Assembly (NCBI GenBank): GCA_041651355.1
Contig: JBAZJK010000001.1
Span: forward strand, 613,883 to 677,882
DNA: 64,000 nucleotides
Reading direction: 5' to 3'
Origin: Patescibacteria group bacterium
GTDB lineage: Bacteria > Patescibacteriota > Patescibacteriia > Patescibacteriales > UBA12465
This document shows positions 56,273 to 64,000 of the stretch, piece by piece. Both the position numbers and the translations under genes were made by a program. Numbering within the stretch: position 1 is the stretch's first letter; every line of letters begins with the position of its first letter. The notes under the pieces are model-generated. The model ran no database searches and was not told where the DNA came from. It saw only the letters and a list, made by a program, of their open reading frames with translations.

Positions 56273-57748
56273 TTACTTATTTAAAATCCGACTACCAAAA
56301 TTGATTAGCTGTTCATTATCGGCAAAGCTTTTTTGGCTACTAGTAGCCTTGAAATTCACGACAATCAAATTCCCCTTGGGCGTAGCCACTCTGGTCATCA
56401 AACAATAGCCGGCTTCATCCAGGTAACCGGTCTTAGAACCCAAGAACTTATACTTGCTAAGATCTAACAAGCGGTTAGTATTAGTTAAGGAATGCTTCTT
56501 TTTGGTATTCCTAGTACTGAACTGATATTTCCAGGTCGTACTGATCTTTTGCAAGGTGGCATTCTTAAAAGCTTCTTTAGTAATTATAGCATAATCCAGG
56601 GGTGAACTCATATTTTGCGGGGCTAAACCAGTCGGTTCAATAAATATCGTGTGATTAGCGCCAATCTTTTTAACCCAATCGTTCATCCTCTTAATAAATT
56701 CATCCCTCTTTAGACCGCTAACTCTCACCAAGGTCTCGACCGCGTTATTGGCTGACCCGATTAAGGCCGCATATAGGAAATCATTGATCGAAGCCGTTTC
56801 TCCATCTTTTAATTTCAAGAGAGCTGCTTCCCCGGGTTTGCAATACTTATAATTCATCTGTTCATCTTGTTTCTTATAAGCGACGACTTTCTTTAAATCG
56901 GGTTTAGTATCTAAGAAGATCTTCATGGCTGCTATCTTGGTCAAACTAGCCAAAGGCATGACCTGATCTTGATTCTTACCCCAAAGCAATTGGCCATCCG
57001 CCTCTTTGATGATGGCGGCAGCCACAGAGTAAATCTGGGGCTCGCTACTCAAGCTTGGCTTAATAAAATCATCTTCATACAAAGAGAAGCTTAAAGGCTC
57101 TATCCTGACAGAAATCAAACCCTCTTTAGTATCAGCAATTTTCTTGAAAGCTTCTTTATCCAAATCTACTACCCGGTCCGGGTGTTTTAAGCGATCGGGG
57201 CCGTAATCATTAATCGTGACGTCAACGAACTTGTTATTCTTATTATTATAGACCCTGATAACTGAGCCTTTCTTAAAATCAGGCGAGGCCGCAAAATTGC
57301 CTCCCTTATATTTATACCAACTAGCCGTGCCGCTGGTTAGGATCTGGGGCCGGGCAAAAACCGCGATCTTGCCTGATGGATAAGCGAATTGGGCTCGGAC
57401 TTTGCTTTCACTAGGATAATCGATTGTATTAAGCGGTCGCCAAATATCTCCGTCCAAAAAATACATCTTCTTATAGCTGTTATTCTTGGGATAAGACATC
57501 TCTAGATATAAAGGAGAGCTGCTCGCGTTTATAACTGGGCTGGAGGAGGCGTTCAAGCTAAAATCATAAATAGGTCCTAGTTTTTCTAAATACCAAGGCC
57601 AAGAAGAGCTAGCTATCGACTCGCTCACTATCCAATCACTAGGCATCGTTCCCGGCAATTCCGGCCGTAAAGCCGCTGCCTGAACCTGAGAAGTAGTAAA
57701 TAAAAAGATTAATAATAAAGCAAGGCTGTTTTTCAGGATATGTTTCAT
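56273..57748 (-). CDS. Secreted RlpA-like (DPBB) domain fused to D-alanyl-D-alanine carboxypeptidase (PBP5/S11 type)
   Basis: Signal peptide MKHILKNSLALLLIFLFTTSQVQA. DPBB block GTASWYKYKG...VIRVYNNKNNKFVDVTINDYGP. Carboxypeptidase motifs ASLTK (SxxK), GSANN (SxN) and SKTGYL (KTG). The start is trimmed to 57748 because the track ORF runs through two tRNA genes. Confidence 0.8.
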   Translation of the reverse strand: MKHILKNSLALLLIFLFTTSQVQAAALRPELPGTMPSDWIVSESIASSSWPWYLEKLGPIYDFSLNASSSPVINASSSPLYLEMSYPKNNSYKKMYFLDGDIWRPLNTIDYPSESKVRAQFAYPSGKIAVFARPQILTSGTASWYKYKGGNFAASPDFKKGSVIRVYNNKNNKFVDVTINDYGPDRLKHPDRVVDLDKEAFKKIADTKEGLISVRIEPLSFSLYEDDFIKPSLSSEPQIYSVAAAIIKEADGQLLWGKNQDQVMPLASLTKIAAMKIFLDTKPDLKKVVAYKKQDEQMNYKYCKPGEAALLKLKDGETASINDFLYAALIGSANNAVETLVRVSGLKRDEFIKRMNDWVKKIGANHTIFIEPTGLAPQNMSSPLDYAIITKEAFKNATLQKISTTWKYQFSTRNTKKKHSLTNTNRLLDLSKYKFLGSKTGYLDEAGYCLMTRVATPKGNLIVVNFKATSSQKSFADNEQLINFGSRILNK

Positions 57749-57798
57749 AAATTGACTTAAAATTTCAATTACGTTTATAATGGATAACAGGCAAGCAG

Positions 57799-57870
57799 GC
57801 GGGTGTCGTATAATGGTTATTATGTCAGCTTCCCAAGCTGAAGACGGCGGTTCGATTCCGCTCACCCGCT
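57799..57870 (+). tRNA. tRNA-Gly (anticodon CCC)
   Basis: Acceptor GCGGGTG/CACCCGC, anticodon stem TCAGC/GCTGA with loop TTCCCAA, T arm GGCGG-TTCGATT-CCGCT, discriminator T. Confidence 0.9.
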
Positions 57871-57883
57871 CTAAAAAATAAAG

Positions 57884-57956
57884 GCCGAGATAGCTCAGCT
57901 GGTAGAGCAACGCATTCGTAACGCGTAGGTCGTGGGTTCGACTCCCATTCTCGGCT
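57884..57956 (+). tRNA. tRNA-Thr (anticodon CGU)
   Basis: Acceptor GCCGAGA/TCTCGGC, D arm GCTC-AGCTGGTA-GAGC, anticodon loop TTCGTAA, T arm GTGGG-TTCGACT-CCCAT. Confidence 0.9.
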
Positions 57957-57962
57957 CAAACA

Positions 57963-58391
57963 TTATCTCTGCGTTTGAAAAAAATAACGCCACCATTTCG
58001 ACCAATTACTACGAGTCGTCGCTGTTGTCGTCGTCGCTCCGCCATCATTTATAGCCTCGCTTTGGACAACCACGACTTTTTCTCCTGGCTTTTTCAGGCC
58101 CAAATTAAGACGAGCCTGCTCTTCCAAGGATTCGTTGGATTCTAAATAATCCAACATCGCGCTCAAATCTTTATTCTTACTCTCAAAGTCAGCGATTTCC
58201 TGCTGGATATCCTTAATTTCATTAGCTACCGCCCTTTGCTTGGCATAATTTTTCAGCAAAGGGACTAATATTATAAGCAAAAAAATCAAACCAATAAAAA
58301 AAACTAGGAGCTGGCTGGTCCAAAAATATGACAGGCGGCGACGCGGCAAGCCTTTGTTCTTGCCGATAAAGCTGGGCTTTGGATTATTCAT
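57963..58391 (-). CDS. FtsB/DivIC-like septum formation initiator
   Basis: N-terminal TM followed by the coiled coil EIKDIQQEIADFESKNKDLSAMLDYL...LEEQARLNLGLKKPGEKVVVV. Start taken at the ATG at 58391; the track ORF starts at a TTG at 58409. Confidence 0.7.
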   Translation of the reverse strand: MNNPKPSFIGKNKGLPRRRLSYFWTSQLLVFFIGLIFLLIILVPLLKNYAKQRAVANEIKDIQQEIADFESKNKDLSAMLDYLESNESLEEQARLNLGLKKPGEKVVVVQSEAINDGGATTTTATTRSNWSKWWRYFFQTQR

Positions 58392-58450
58392 GATAATTAT
58401 CTTAAACAACTTATATATTATAATATAAAATCAAGAAATTGGCCAAAATA

Positions 58451-58474
58451 AAAATGACCCAGAAGGTCATTTTT
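58451..58474 (-). terminator. Intrinsic terminator of the GT2 synthase gene
   Basis: aaaatgacc-cagaa-ggtcatttt, followed by a T-run on the minus strand. Confidence 0.65.
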
Positions 58475-58488
58475 GTTTTATCCTTGAT

Positions 58489-60108
58489 TTAATTACTAAT
58501 TTTACCTGATTCGTCTACCCGGGCCTTCGGAGTGACGAAAAACCCCATATATTTGCCACGCAAGAGCCTAACTTGGGCGTCAAGGCAAGGAATCGCGCCA
58601 AAAAGTATGATCGTTACCGGGACAAAAACCCATTCGATGACCATAAAGACATTCTTAATAGCTTTATAGCGGCGCGGCCGAGGCGGCAACAAGAGGGCCG
58701 AAATCAGGGCTGATAAAATCATACCCACCATGGCTAAATTCATCAAATTACGGCTAACCACCGGTAAATTAATAGATAGGACAGTGGCGTTAAAACGATC
58801 CCCTCCTAAAAGCATAGGTAACCAGCCGACGACCGCTATAATCAAGGCGCTCGTGGCCCAAGAATGGAAACCGTAAATTTGAATCAATATATGCTTCATC
58901 AGTTTCCGGTGATCAAGCTGGCGCCAGCGCTTAGTAGTATTAAATATCAAATAAGGGATATTTTCCGCCCCCCAAGCCCAACGGCGCTGCTGCTTATATA
59001 AATTAGACGCCGTCTGCCATAAGGTCTGATCCAGGGTAACATCCATCGAGACTGTATGATACAAAGGTTCGACCCGATAGTTGCCATTATAGTAAAGCAA
59101 ACATTCCCAAAAAATACGGGAATCCTCACTAACCATGTTAGTCGACCAAAAACCTATATCAAGCAAAGCCTTGAAAGTCATGGAGTGGGAAGAATAAGTC
59201 ACGAGCTTTTCCTCCCTGATCTGCATCATCATCTGCCAGAAGGTATTAGAGGAAGCAGCTAGACGCGAAAAGAAGGGTGCTTCCCAAATATTATTATGAT
59301 AAACCGGAATTGGCTGATAAGAAGCCCGATAAGGTTCAGACACGCTGAGAAACTTATAAGCCAAGGCGTAAAAATATCCCGGACTGACAACCGTATCGAT
59401 GTCAAAAACACTGACCAGGATGTTATCATAAGGCAACTGCTCGGGATCAATGATTTTAGCTTTAGCTTCTTTCATCGCCCAGGCCTGATTGGCGCCCTTG
59501 CCTTTAAGCTCGCCCGGAATGTCACCAGGATGGAAAGTAATTAAAAAATATTTAAAACGAGAAGAAAATTCTTGTTCAATAATCTTAGCCTTCTCTCGGG
59601 CAGAAACGCCAGCCCGATCCTCCATCGCTAAAACTACCAACATCCTTTCCCTGGGCCAAGAATCATTCTCAATCGCCCGCAAACAGGTTCGCAGTATTTC
59701 TAAGCTTTCCTGATAAGTCGGCAGGATAATTACCTGCCACAAATCTGAATGTTTCAAGCCTTGTTTGGCCAAACAATCCGCCGGCAAATCTTTTTGAGGA
59801 TCGAGTGCAATCTGTTTTTCATCTAATAGGCGGCACTGTTCGCGCCAATTTACCCGCTTACCTTTCTTTAATTTAAAGAAGGAGGTGAGAAGATAAATAG
59901 CTAGATATAAAACTAATAAAAGCCAATAAACGTCAAAGGCGATTAAGAAATAAGCGACCCAGACTGGCTTAAAATAAGAAAAAATGATCAAAATTAAAAG
60001 CGTACCTAAGGATAAGAATCCAGGCAATATTTCTAATATTCGATAAAATTTCCGGTCTCTACCGGATAATTCCGTCGCTTTTCCAACTTTCAGGTAGTCC
60101 ATAGACAA
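58489..60108 (-). CDS. Membrane-embedded processive family-2 glycosyltransferase (cellulose/chitin-synthase-like)
   Basis: TM helices at both ends. DID (DxD), VSEDSR (TED-like) and QQRRW (QxxRW) motifs. An ATG at 60102 is an alternative to the TTG at 60108. Confidence 0.7.
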   Translation of the reverse strand: MSMDYLKVGKATELSGRDRKFYRILEILPGFLSLGTLLILIIFSYFKPVWVAYFLIAFDVYWLLLVLYLAIYLLTSFFKLKKGKRVNWREQCRLLDEKQIALDPQKDLPADCLAKQGLKHSDLWQVIILPTYQESLEILRTCLRAIENDSWPRERMLVVLAMEDRAGVSAREKAKIIEQEFSSRFKYFLITFHPGDIPGELKGKGANQAWAMKEAKAKIIDPEQLPYDNILVSVFDIDTVVSPGYFYALAYKFLSVSEPYRASYQPIPVYHNNIWEAPFFSRLAASSNTFWQMMMQIREEKLVTYSSHSMTFKALLDIGFWSTNMVSEDSRIFWECLLYYNGNYRVEPLYHTVSMDVTLDQTLWQTASNLYKQQRRWAWGAENIPYLIFNTTKRWRQLDHRKLMKHILIQIYGFHSWATSALIIAVVGWLPMLLGGDRFNATVLSINLPVVSRNLMNLAMVGMILSALISALLLPPRPRRYKAIKNVFMVIEWVFVPVTIILFGAIPCLDAQVRLLRGKYMGFFVTPKARVDESGKISN

Positions 60109-60109
60109 A

Positions 60110-60688
60110 CTATAAATTTAAGACTCCCTTACTTTTTAACGCAAAAAGGCAACGAGCGCAAGCACTGACGTCGACGTCAGCATCATGAGCTTCGGCAAAA
60201 TTTTCGCCGAACAATTTAAAATGCAACTCTGAAAGATTGGGCCATTTATATGAACCGCGCCCATTCGGCAAAGCACAAAAATTGGCGCTAGCTTTCATGG
60301 TGCAAATCTTCTTGGCTTCCTCCACTACATCCTTTATGCTGTGCCGCCAAAATTCGGCACCGATAATTTTTTCATCAAAGCTGATGTTGTGGCCGACTAA
60401 AAATTCCGCCCGCCTGACTTGAAGAGCAAATTTTTCTAAGACCTGACGCAGATCTTCACCGAGCCTCAAGGCCTGTTCATGGCTGATCCGGTGGATACGC
60501 GTCGCCTCTTCCGGTATAACAAAACCGTCTGGACGGATAATATGGTTATGCTTCTCCCATAAATTTCCATCAGCATCATAAACCTGCCAAGCCAGTTGCA
60601 CGAGTCGCGGCCAATTATCAGAATCACTGACCGGTGCTTGGTAATTCTTCGGTAAGCCGGTAGTTTCCGTATCAAACACTAAATACAT
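60110..60688 (-). CDS. DEDDh 3'-5' exonuclease (DnaQ/epsilon-like)
   Basis: YLVFDTETTGLP (Exo I), LVGHNISFDEKI (Exo II), AHDADVDV (Exo III with His). Confidence 0.85.
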   Translation of the reverse strand: MYLVFDTETTGLPKNYQAPVSDSDNWPRLVQLAWQVYDADGNLWEKHNHIIRPDGFVIPEEATRIHRISHEQALRLGEDLRQVLEKFALQVRRAEFLVGHNISFDEKIIGAEFWRHSIKDVVEEAKKICTMKASANFCALPNGRGSYKWPNLSELHFKLFGENFAEAHDADVDVSACARCLFALKSKGVLNL

Positions 60689-60704
60689 AAGCTGATAATA
60701 ATAA

Positions 60705-60722
60705 TTCCGCGCGAGCGCGGAA
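60705..60722 (-). terminator. Hairpin downstream of the ATPase gene
   Basis: ttccgcg-cgag-cgcggaa. The downstream U-richness is moderate. Confidence 0.4.
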
Positions 60723-60747
60723 ATTAAAAAATAAGATTATTAGGATC

Positions 60748-62559
60748 TTAGTCCTTAAAAACCACTTCCTCCCCTTCACTAAAATCTTGACCACTTAATC
60801 TAGGCGCTGGAGTAACTACGCTTGGCTTAGATTGTGGTCGCGAAGTCTTTTCCGGCCGACCCCTAAAATCCAGGGGTTGGATATTCTTCAAATCTTGCAA
60901 AGACAGGCTAGGGGCATTATTTTCTAAAGATAGTTTAGCTAATTCAGCCTGTTTGGCAAGCTGCCTGGCTTCTAGCTCTTGTTTCTTATCTTGCTTTTTC
61001 TTACTCAAACAATCCTTGCAGAAGATTGGCCTGATTCCATCCGGCACGAAAGAAACTTCGGTAATCACGCCACAAGCTGAGCACTCAGCTTTAATACCAC
61101 CCTGACCCTTAGTTCCGACAGTCTTGGCGCTTCCCCTGTCTTGACTAACGACTTTCGGCGCAGTTACCGGCGTCGCGCTTAATGATTCTAATTGTTTCGG
61201 AGATAAAGTAGCCGGACTCTTCCTCAGCTGGAAATTATCTTCATTAGGATTAATATTTTTTACCACTGTCATGTTTTCTTCATAGCTCTCATGCCAGTTC
61301 ATAATCTTCTCTTCCACCGCTTCCCGTTCGGAAGCATACTTCTCTCGAGAATAATGAATGACTTTCTCGGTGTTTCCCGTCTTTTCTTCCCTAGTTAAGG
61401 GCGGTAAACCGCGAGCAGAAAAAGGGTTGGAAGAAATGCCGTCGATCATCAGCTTCAAATACATCTCGTATTTAGGCAAATTAACCAAGTCTTCTTCGGT
61501 AAAAGTCGGAGTAAACTCCTTGACCAATTCTTCGGCATCAGTCGCTCCCACTCGGAAGACGACCATCGTGCCGACATTACCAAAAACAGCCGGTCGCACC
61601 TTATCGCTGAGCTGTTCGATATACTGATGGGCCAAGATCAAATTCAAACGGTATTTACGGGCTTCTGATAAGATATTAGCAAAGCTATCGGTCGAAAAAT
61701 TCTGAAATTCATCAATATAAAGATAGAAGTCGCGCCGATCCTTCTCGGGCACATCCACCCGGCTCATGGCCGCTAACTGAATCTTGGTAATCATCATCGC
61801 TCCCAAAAGAGCCGAATTATCTTCGCCAATCCTGCCCTTGCTTAAATTCATGATTAAGATCTTTCCGTGATCCATGATATCACGGATATCAATGGCTGAC
61901 TTGACTTGGCCGATAATATTTCTCATCAAAGAGCTGGACAAGAATTGGCCGACTTTATTCTGGATAGGAGAAACAGCTTCCGCCGCAAACTTATCCGCAT
62001 AGGAAGCAAATTCTTTCTCCCAGAAAGATTTGACTACTGGGTCCTTAATGTTAGCTACGACGCGTTTTCGATAGTTCTTATCGGATAACATTCTGACTAC
62101 CCCTAAAAGAGTAGAACCGGGAAAATCTAAAATCGCCAAAATAGCATTACGCAAGATATATTCTAGACGTGGCCCCCAAGAATCAGCCCAAAGTTTTTGA
62201 AAGACTCCGATCAAGCCAGAAGCCACTAGATGGCGCAAATGGGCATCAACTTGTTCGACTACGTTAAAGGCAATCGGGTAATTTATATCTGAAGGATTAA
62301 AATAGACTACCTCGTGAATCCGATTGCTTGGAATATACTCGATAATCTTTTCTGCTAGATCGCCATGAGGATCTACAACCGCCACGCCGTGTCCGGCCCG
62401 GATATCATCCACGATCATATTCTCTAGAATGGTTGATTTACCCATACCAGTTTTCCCAATCAAATACATATGCCGACGTCGATCGTCAGTTTTGATGCCG
62501 AATTTCTTAAATTCGTTACGAAAGGTTGTCTGCGCAAAAAAAGCTATTTCTTGAGGCAT
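60748..62559 (-). CDS. VirD4/TraD-like (type IV coupling protein family) P-loop ATPase with C-terminal zinc ribbon
   Basis: Walker A IGKTGMGKST, Walker B FYLYIDEFQNF, AHQY motif. C-terminal CSACG...VSFVPDGIRPIFCKDC (CxxC-N20-CxxC), followed by a K/E-rich and P/S-rich tail. Confidence 0.7.
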   Translation of the reverse strand: MPQEIAFFAQTTFRNEFKKFGIKTDDRRRHMYLIGKTGMGKSTILENMIVDDIRAGHGVAVVDPHGDLAEKIIEYIPSNRIHEVVYFNPSDINYPIAFNVVEQVDAHLRHLVASGLIGVFQKLWADSWGPRLEYILRNAILAILDFPGSTLLGVVRMLSDKNYRKRVVANIKDPVVKSFWEKEFASYADKFAAEAVSPIQNKVGQFLSSSLMRNIIGQVKSAIDIRDIMDHGKILIMNLSKGRIGEDNSALLGAMMITKIQLAAMSRVDVPEKDRRDFYLYIDEFQNFSTDSFANILSEARKYRLNLILAHQYIEQLSDKVRPAVFGNVGTMVVFRVGATDAEELVKEFTPTFTEEDLVNLPKYEMYLKLMIDGISSNPFSARGLPPLTREEKTGNTEKVIHYSREKYASEREAVEEKIMNWHESYEENMTVVKNINPNEDNFQLRKSPATLSPKQLESLSATPVTAPKVVSQDRGSAKTVGTKGQGGIKAECSACGVITEVSFVPDGIRPIFCKDCLSKKKQDKKQELEARQLAKQAELAKLSLENNAPSLSLQDLKNIQPLDFRGRPEKTSRPQSKPSVVTPAPRLSGQDFSEGEEVVFKD

Positions 62560-62563
62560 AACG

Positions 62564-62854
62564 CTATCTTAATAAATTATCAGGATTCTCATTAGCATTA
62601 AGGCTGGTGGTGCCGCTATCTAAGCCATAAGCAGCTAGGAGATCTCTAAAAAGGGGCGGTAAATATAATAAGCCCCAGACGATCGGGATGACGATCAAAA
62701 ACACCTTGACCCAGCCGATAATCTTTTGCCAACGGACATAGGTCTTAACATAGCGAGACAATTCCAAAATTTCTTGACTCACCGCCAAGTTTTTTTCTAA
62801 TAGAATTCTCATGTCTTCTGACTCAGTAGAGAGACGAGATTTCACATCTGCCAT
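62564..62854 (-). CDS. Small membrane protein (hypothetical)
   Basis: One central TM region (IIGWVKVFLIVIPIVWGLLYLPPLF). The ATG at 62854 avoids the 19-nt overlap with nrdG that the track start at 62878 would create. Confidence 0.4.
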   Translation of the reverse strand: MADVKSRLSTESEDMRILLEKNLAVSQEILELSRYVKTYVRWQKIIGWVKVFLIVIPIVWGLLYLPPLFRDLLAAYGLDSGTTSLNANENPDNLLR

Positions 62855-62859
62855 AGATT

Positions 62860-63558
62860 TTAGTTTCTTAGTTCGCAAAGTTCGACAAACGCCTGGCCTG
62901 CTTTAGCCATCGCCCGCATTTCCTGGGCAGAAAAAGGACGAGCCGACTCATAATCCGGATTAACTAAATCCGTATCTGACTTAAAAGATTGTAAATACCA
63001 CTTGCTAGCACCTTTAATCAGCTGTCCCATCGCAGGGATATCGCTAGCTTCAATCAGCCCCGGAACCAAGGTTGTACGGAACTCATAGGGCAAACCGCTA
63101 GCCATTATTATTTTAACACTTTTTTTTATATTATTACAGTTAACTGCTACGCCAACGCTAGCAGAATATTTTTCTAAAGGAGCCTTTAGGTCCATAGCAA
63201 TATAATCGAGCAGCCCATCCTTGATCAATCTCTCTAAAACCTCGGGATTAGTGCCGTTAGAATCAAGCTTCACTAAATAACCCAGATCCTTTACCGTCTT
63301 GATAAACTCGGGTAAATCAGGATGCAAAGTCGGTTCTCCGCCAGTGATGACCACCCCCTCTAACTTGCCTTGGCGGCTTTTTAAAAAAAGAAAAAGGTCT
63401 GACTCTTCAAGAGCCGGACCTTTTTCCTTATTAGGTAAGACAAGCTGGGGATTATAGCAAAAGTGACAGCGAAAATTACAACCTTGGGTGAAGATAATCG
63501 CGGCTAAATGCTCGGGGTAATCTAATAAGCTCAATTTTTCTAAACCGCCGATTATCAT
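62860..63558 (-). CDS. nrdG: Anaerobic ribonucleoside-triphosphate reductase activating protein (radical SAM)
   Basis: SLLDYPEHLAAIIFTQGCNFRCHFCYNP (CxxxCxxC) and VVITGGEPTL. It is adjacent to nrdD. Confidence 0.9.
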   Translation of the reverse strand: MIIGGLEKLSLLDYPEHLAAIIFTQGCNFRCHFCYNPQLVLPNKEKGPALEESDLFLFLKSRQGKLEGVVITGGEPTLHPDLPEFIKTVKDLGYLVKLDSNGTNPEVLERLIKDGLLDYIAMDLKAPLEKYSASVGVAVNCNNIKKSVKIIMASGLPYEFRTTLVPGLIEASDIPAMGQLIKGASKWYLQSFKSDTDLVNPDYESARPFSAQEMRAMAKAGQAFVELCELRN

Positions 63559-63594
63559 ATATTTAAAAAGCTAAAAACTTACCTGGACAGTCCT

Positions 63595-63783
63595 CTATTT
63601 TTCACAAACCTTAAAAGTCTTCCGATCCTTATACTCGGCCGCTTTGCCTTTGTTGTAATTCTGAACCGGGGTTAACCAACCGACGACACGGCTGTAAACA
63701 ATGCATTCTTGACGTTGAGTTTGCACAGGGCTCATATTTTTTAATTTTGCCTGGGATGAATGCTTCAAGGATTCCGTTCTCAA
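63595..63783 (-). CDS. nrdD: NrdD C-terminal glycyl-radical domain, separated from the body of nrdD
   Basis: ECIVYSRVVGWLTPVQNYNKGKAAEYKDRKTF matches the RxxGY...WNxGKxxExxDR glycyl-radical motif of class III RNR. The first possible starts are a TTG at 63783 or an ATG at 63735. Confidence 0.7.
   Translation of the reverse strand: MRTESLKHSSQAKLKNMSPVQTQRQECIVYSRVVGWLTPVQNYNKGKAAEYKDRKTFKVCEK
63760..63775. repeat. Direct repeat copy A flanking the nrdD insertion
   Basis: + strand atgcttcaagGAttcc. The 10-bp core at 63760-63769 is identical to 63870-63879, and the extended 16-mer matches at 14/16. Confidence 0.8.
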
Positions 63784-63842
63784 ACCATTAACCCAAACTT
63801 TTATTTTATTTATAATTTTTATATTAATTCAATGATAGCAAG

Positions 63843-64000
63843 CTAGGCTTCTACTCTGACCACCTCTTCATGCTTCAAGTCTTCCTGATAACCGATTTCT
63901 TCATCGCATTTAGGGCAATACTTATGTTCACCCGATAAATAGCCGTGTTTAGGACAAATTGAGAAAGTCGGAGTAATGGTGAAATAAGGCAAACGGTAAT
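63843..64000 (-). CDS. nrdD: Anaerobic ribonucleoside-triphosphate reductase NrdD, 3' end of the main body (continues beyond the window; ends at a premature TAG)
   Basis: The minus-strand frame from 63998 reads YRLPYFTITPTFSICPKHGYLSGEHKYCPKCDEEIGYQEDLKHEEVVRVEA*, which is the NrdD Zn-ribbon region. The stop is at 63843-63845, before the glycyl-radical motif. Confidence 0.8.
   Translation of the reverse strand, partial: YRLPYFTITPTFSICPKHGYLSGEHKYCPKCDEEIGYQEDLKHEEVVRVEA
63870..63885. repeat. Direct repeat copy B flanking the nrdD insertion
   Basis: + strand atgcttcaagTCttcc, 110 bp from copy A. Confidence 0.8.

Noticed and set aside
57749-57910. N-terminal 54 codons of the track ORF 56273..57910 (MLYQLSYLGLYFLERVSGIEPPSSAWEADIITIIRHPP...)
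   Set aside because: This stretch is the antisense translation of the tRNA-Gly and tRNA-Thr genes, a typical tRNA shadow peptide. A proper signal peptide starts at the ATG at 57748, so the CDS was trimmed.
63770-63869. Idea that the nrdD interruption is a group I intron (as in phage T4 nrdD)
   Set aside because: Only about 100 nt lie between the repeats. That is far too short for a group I or II catalytic core, and I see no P-helix-like pairings. The direct-repeat-flanked insertion or split-gene explanations are kept instead.

Overview
This is a compact, gene-dense bacterial chromosome segment, mostly transcribed on the minus strand. There are almost no long intergenic gaps. I recognised no rRNA genes, CRISPR array, transposase or integrase. 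The gene content suggests a small-genome Patescibacteria/CPR-like organism: fused and shortened housekeeping genes, many GT2 and GT-C-like envelope glycosyltransferases, a VirD4/TraD-like ATPase with a C-terminal zinc ribbon, and anaerobic NrdDG. That taxonomic placement is inference only. Housekeeping blocks are: murA, galU and three GT2 genes; a thymidylate operon (dCMP deaminase, ThyX-like, P-loop kinase, Tmk-Dut fusion); gatB; miaA and miaB; two large polytopic membrane proteins, a 789-aa exported protein and mltG; groESL; uppP; an F1Fo ATP synthase operon (atpI-like, B, E, F, H, A, G, D, C) interrupted twice; tatD; a CIRCE-controlled hrcA-grpE-hsp20-dnaK-dnaJ operon; PBP2; a two-component system with a P-type ATPase; typA; ftsEX; three tRNAs (Gln, Gly, Thr); and nrdG with a split nrdD. 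The outstanding accessory element is a complete diversity-generating retroelement (DGR) at about 22.1-24.6 kb. It has a reverse transcriptase, an antisense Avd-like four-helix-bundle gene, a 140-bp template repeat, and a 209-aa target gene with a C-terminal variable repeat. The variable repeat differs from the template at 8 positions, and all 8 are template adenines. A C9 homopolymer sits at the head-to-head RT/avd junction. A second notable feature is nrdD, which is broken by a 110-bp AT-rich insertion flanked by perfect 10-bp direct repeats; removing it restores the frame. All family calls rest on motifs read by eye from the supplied translations. No database search was run.
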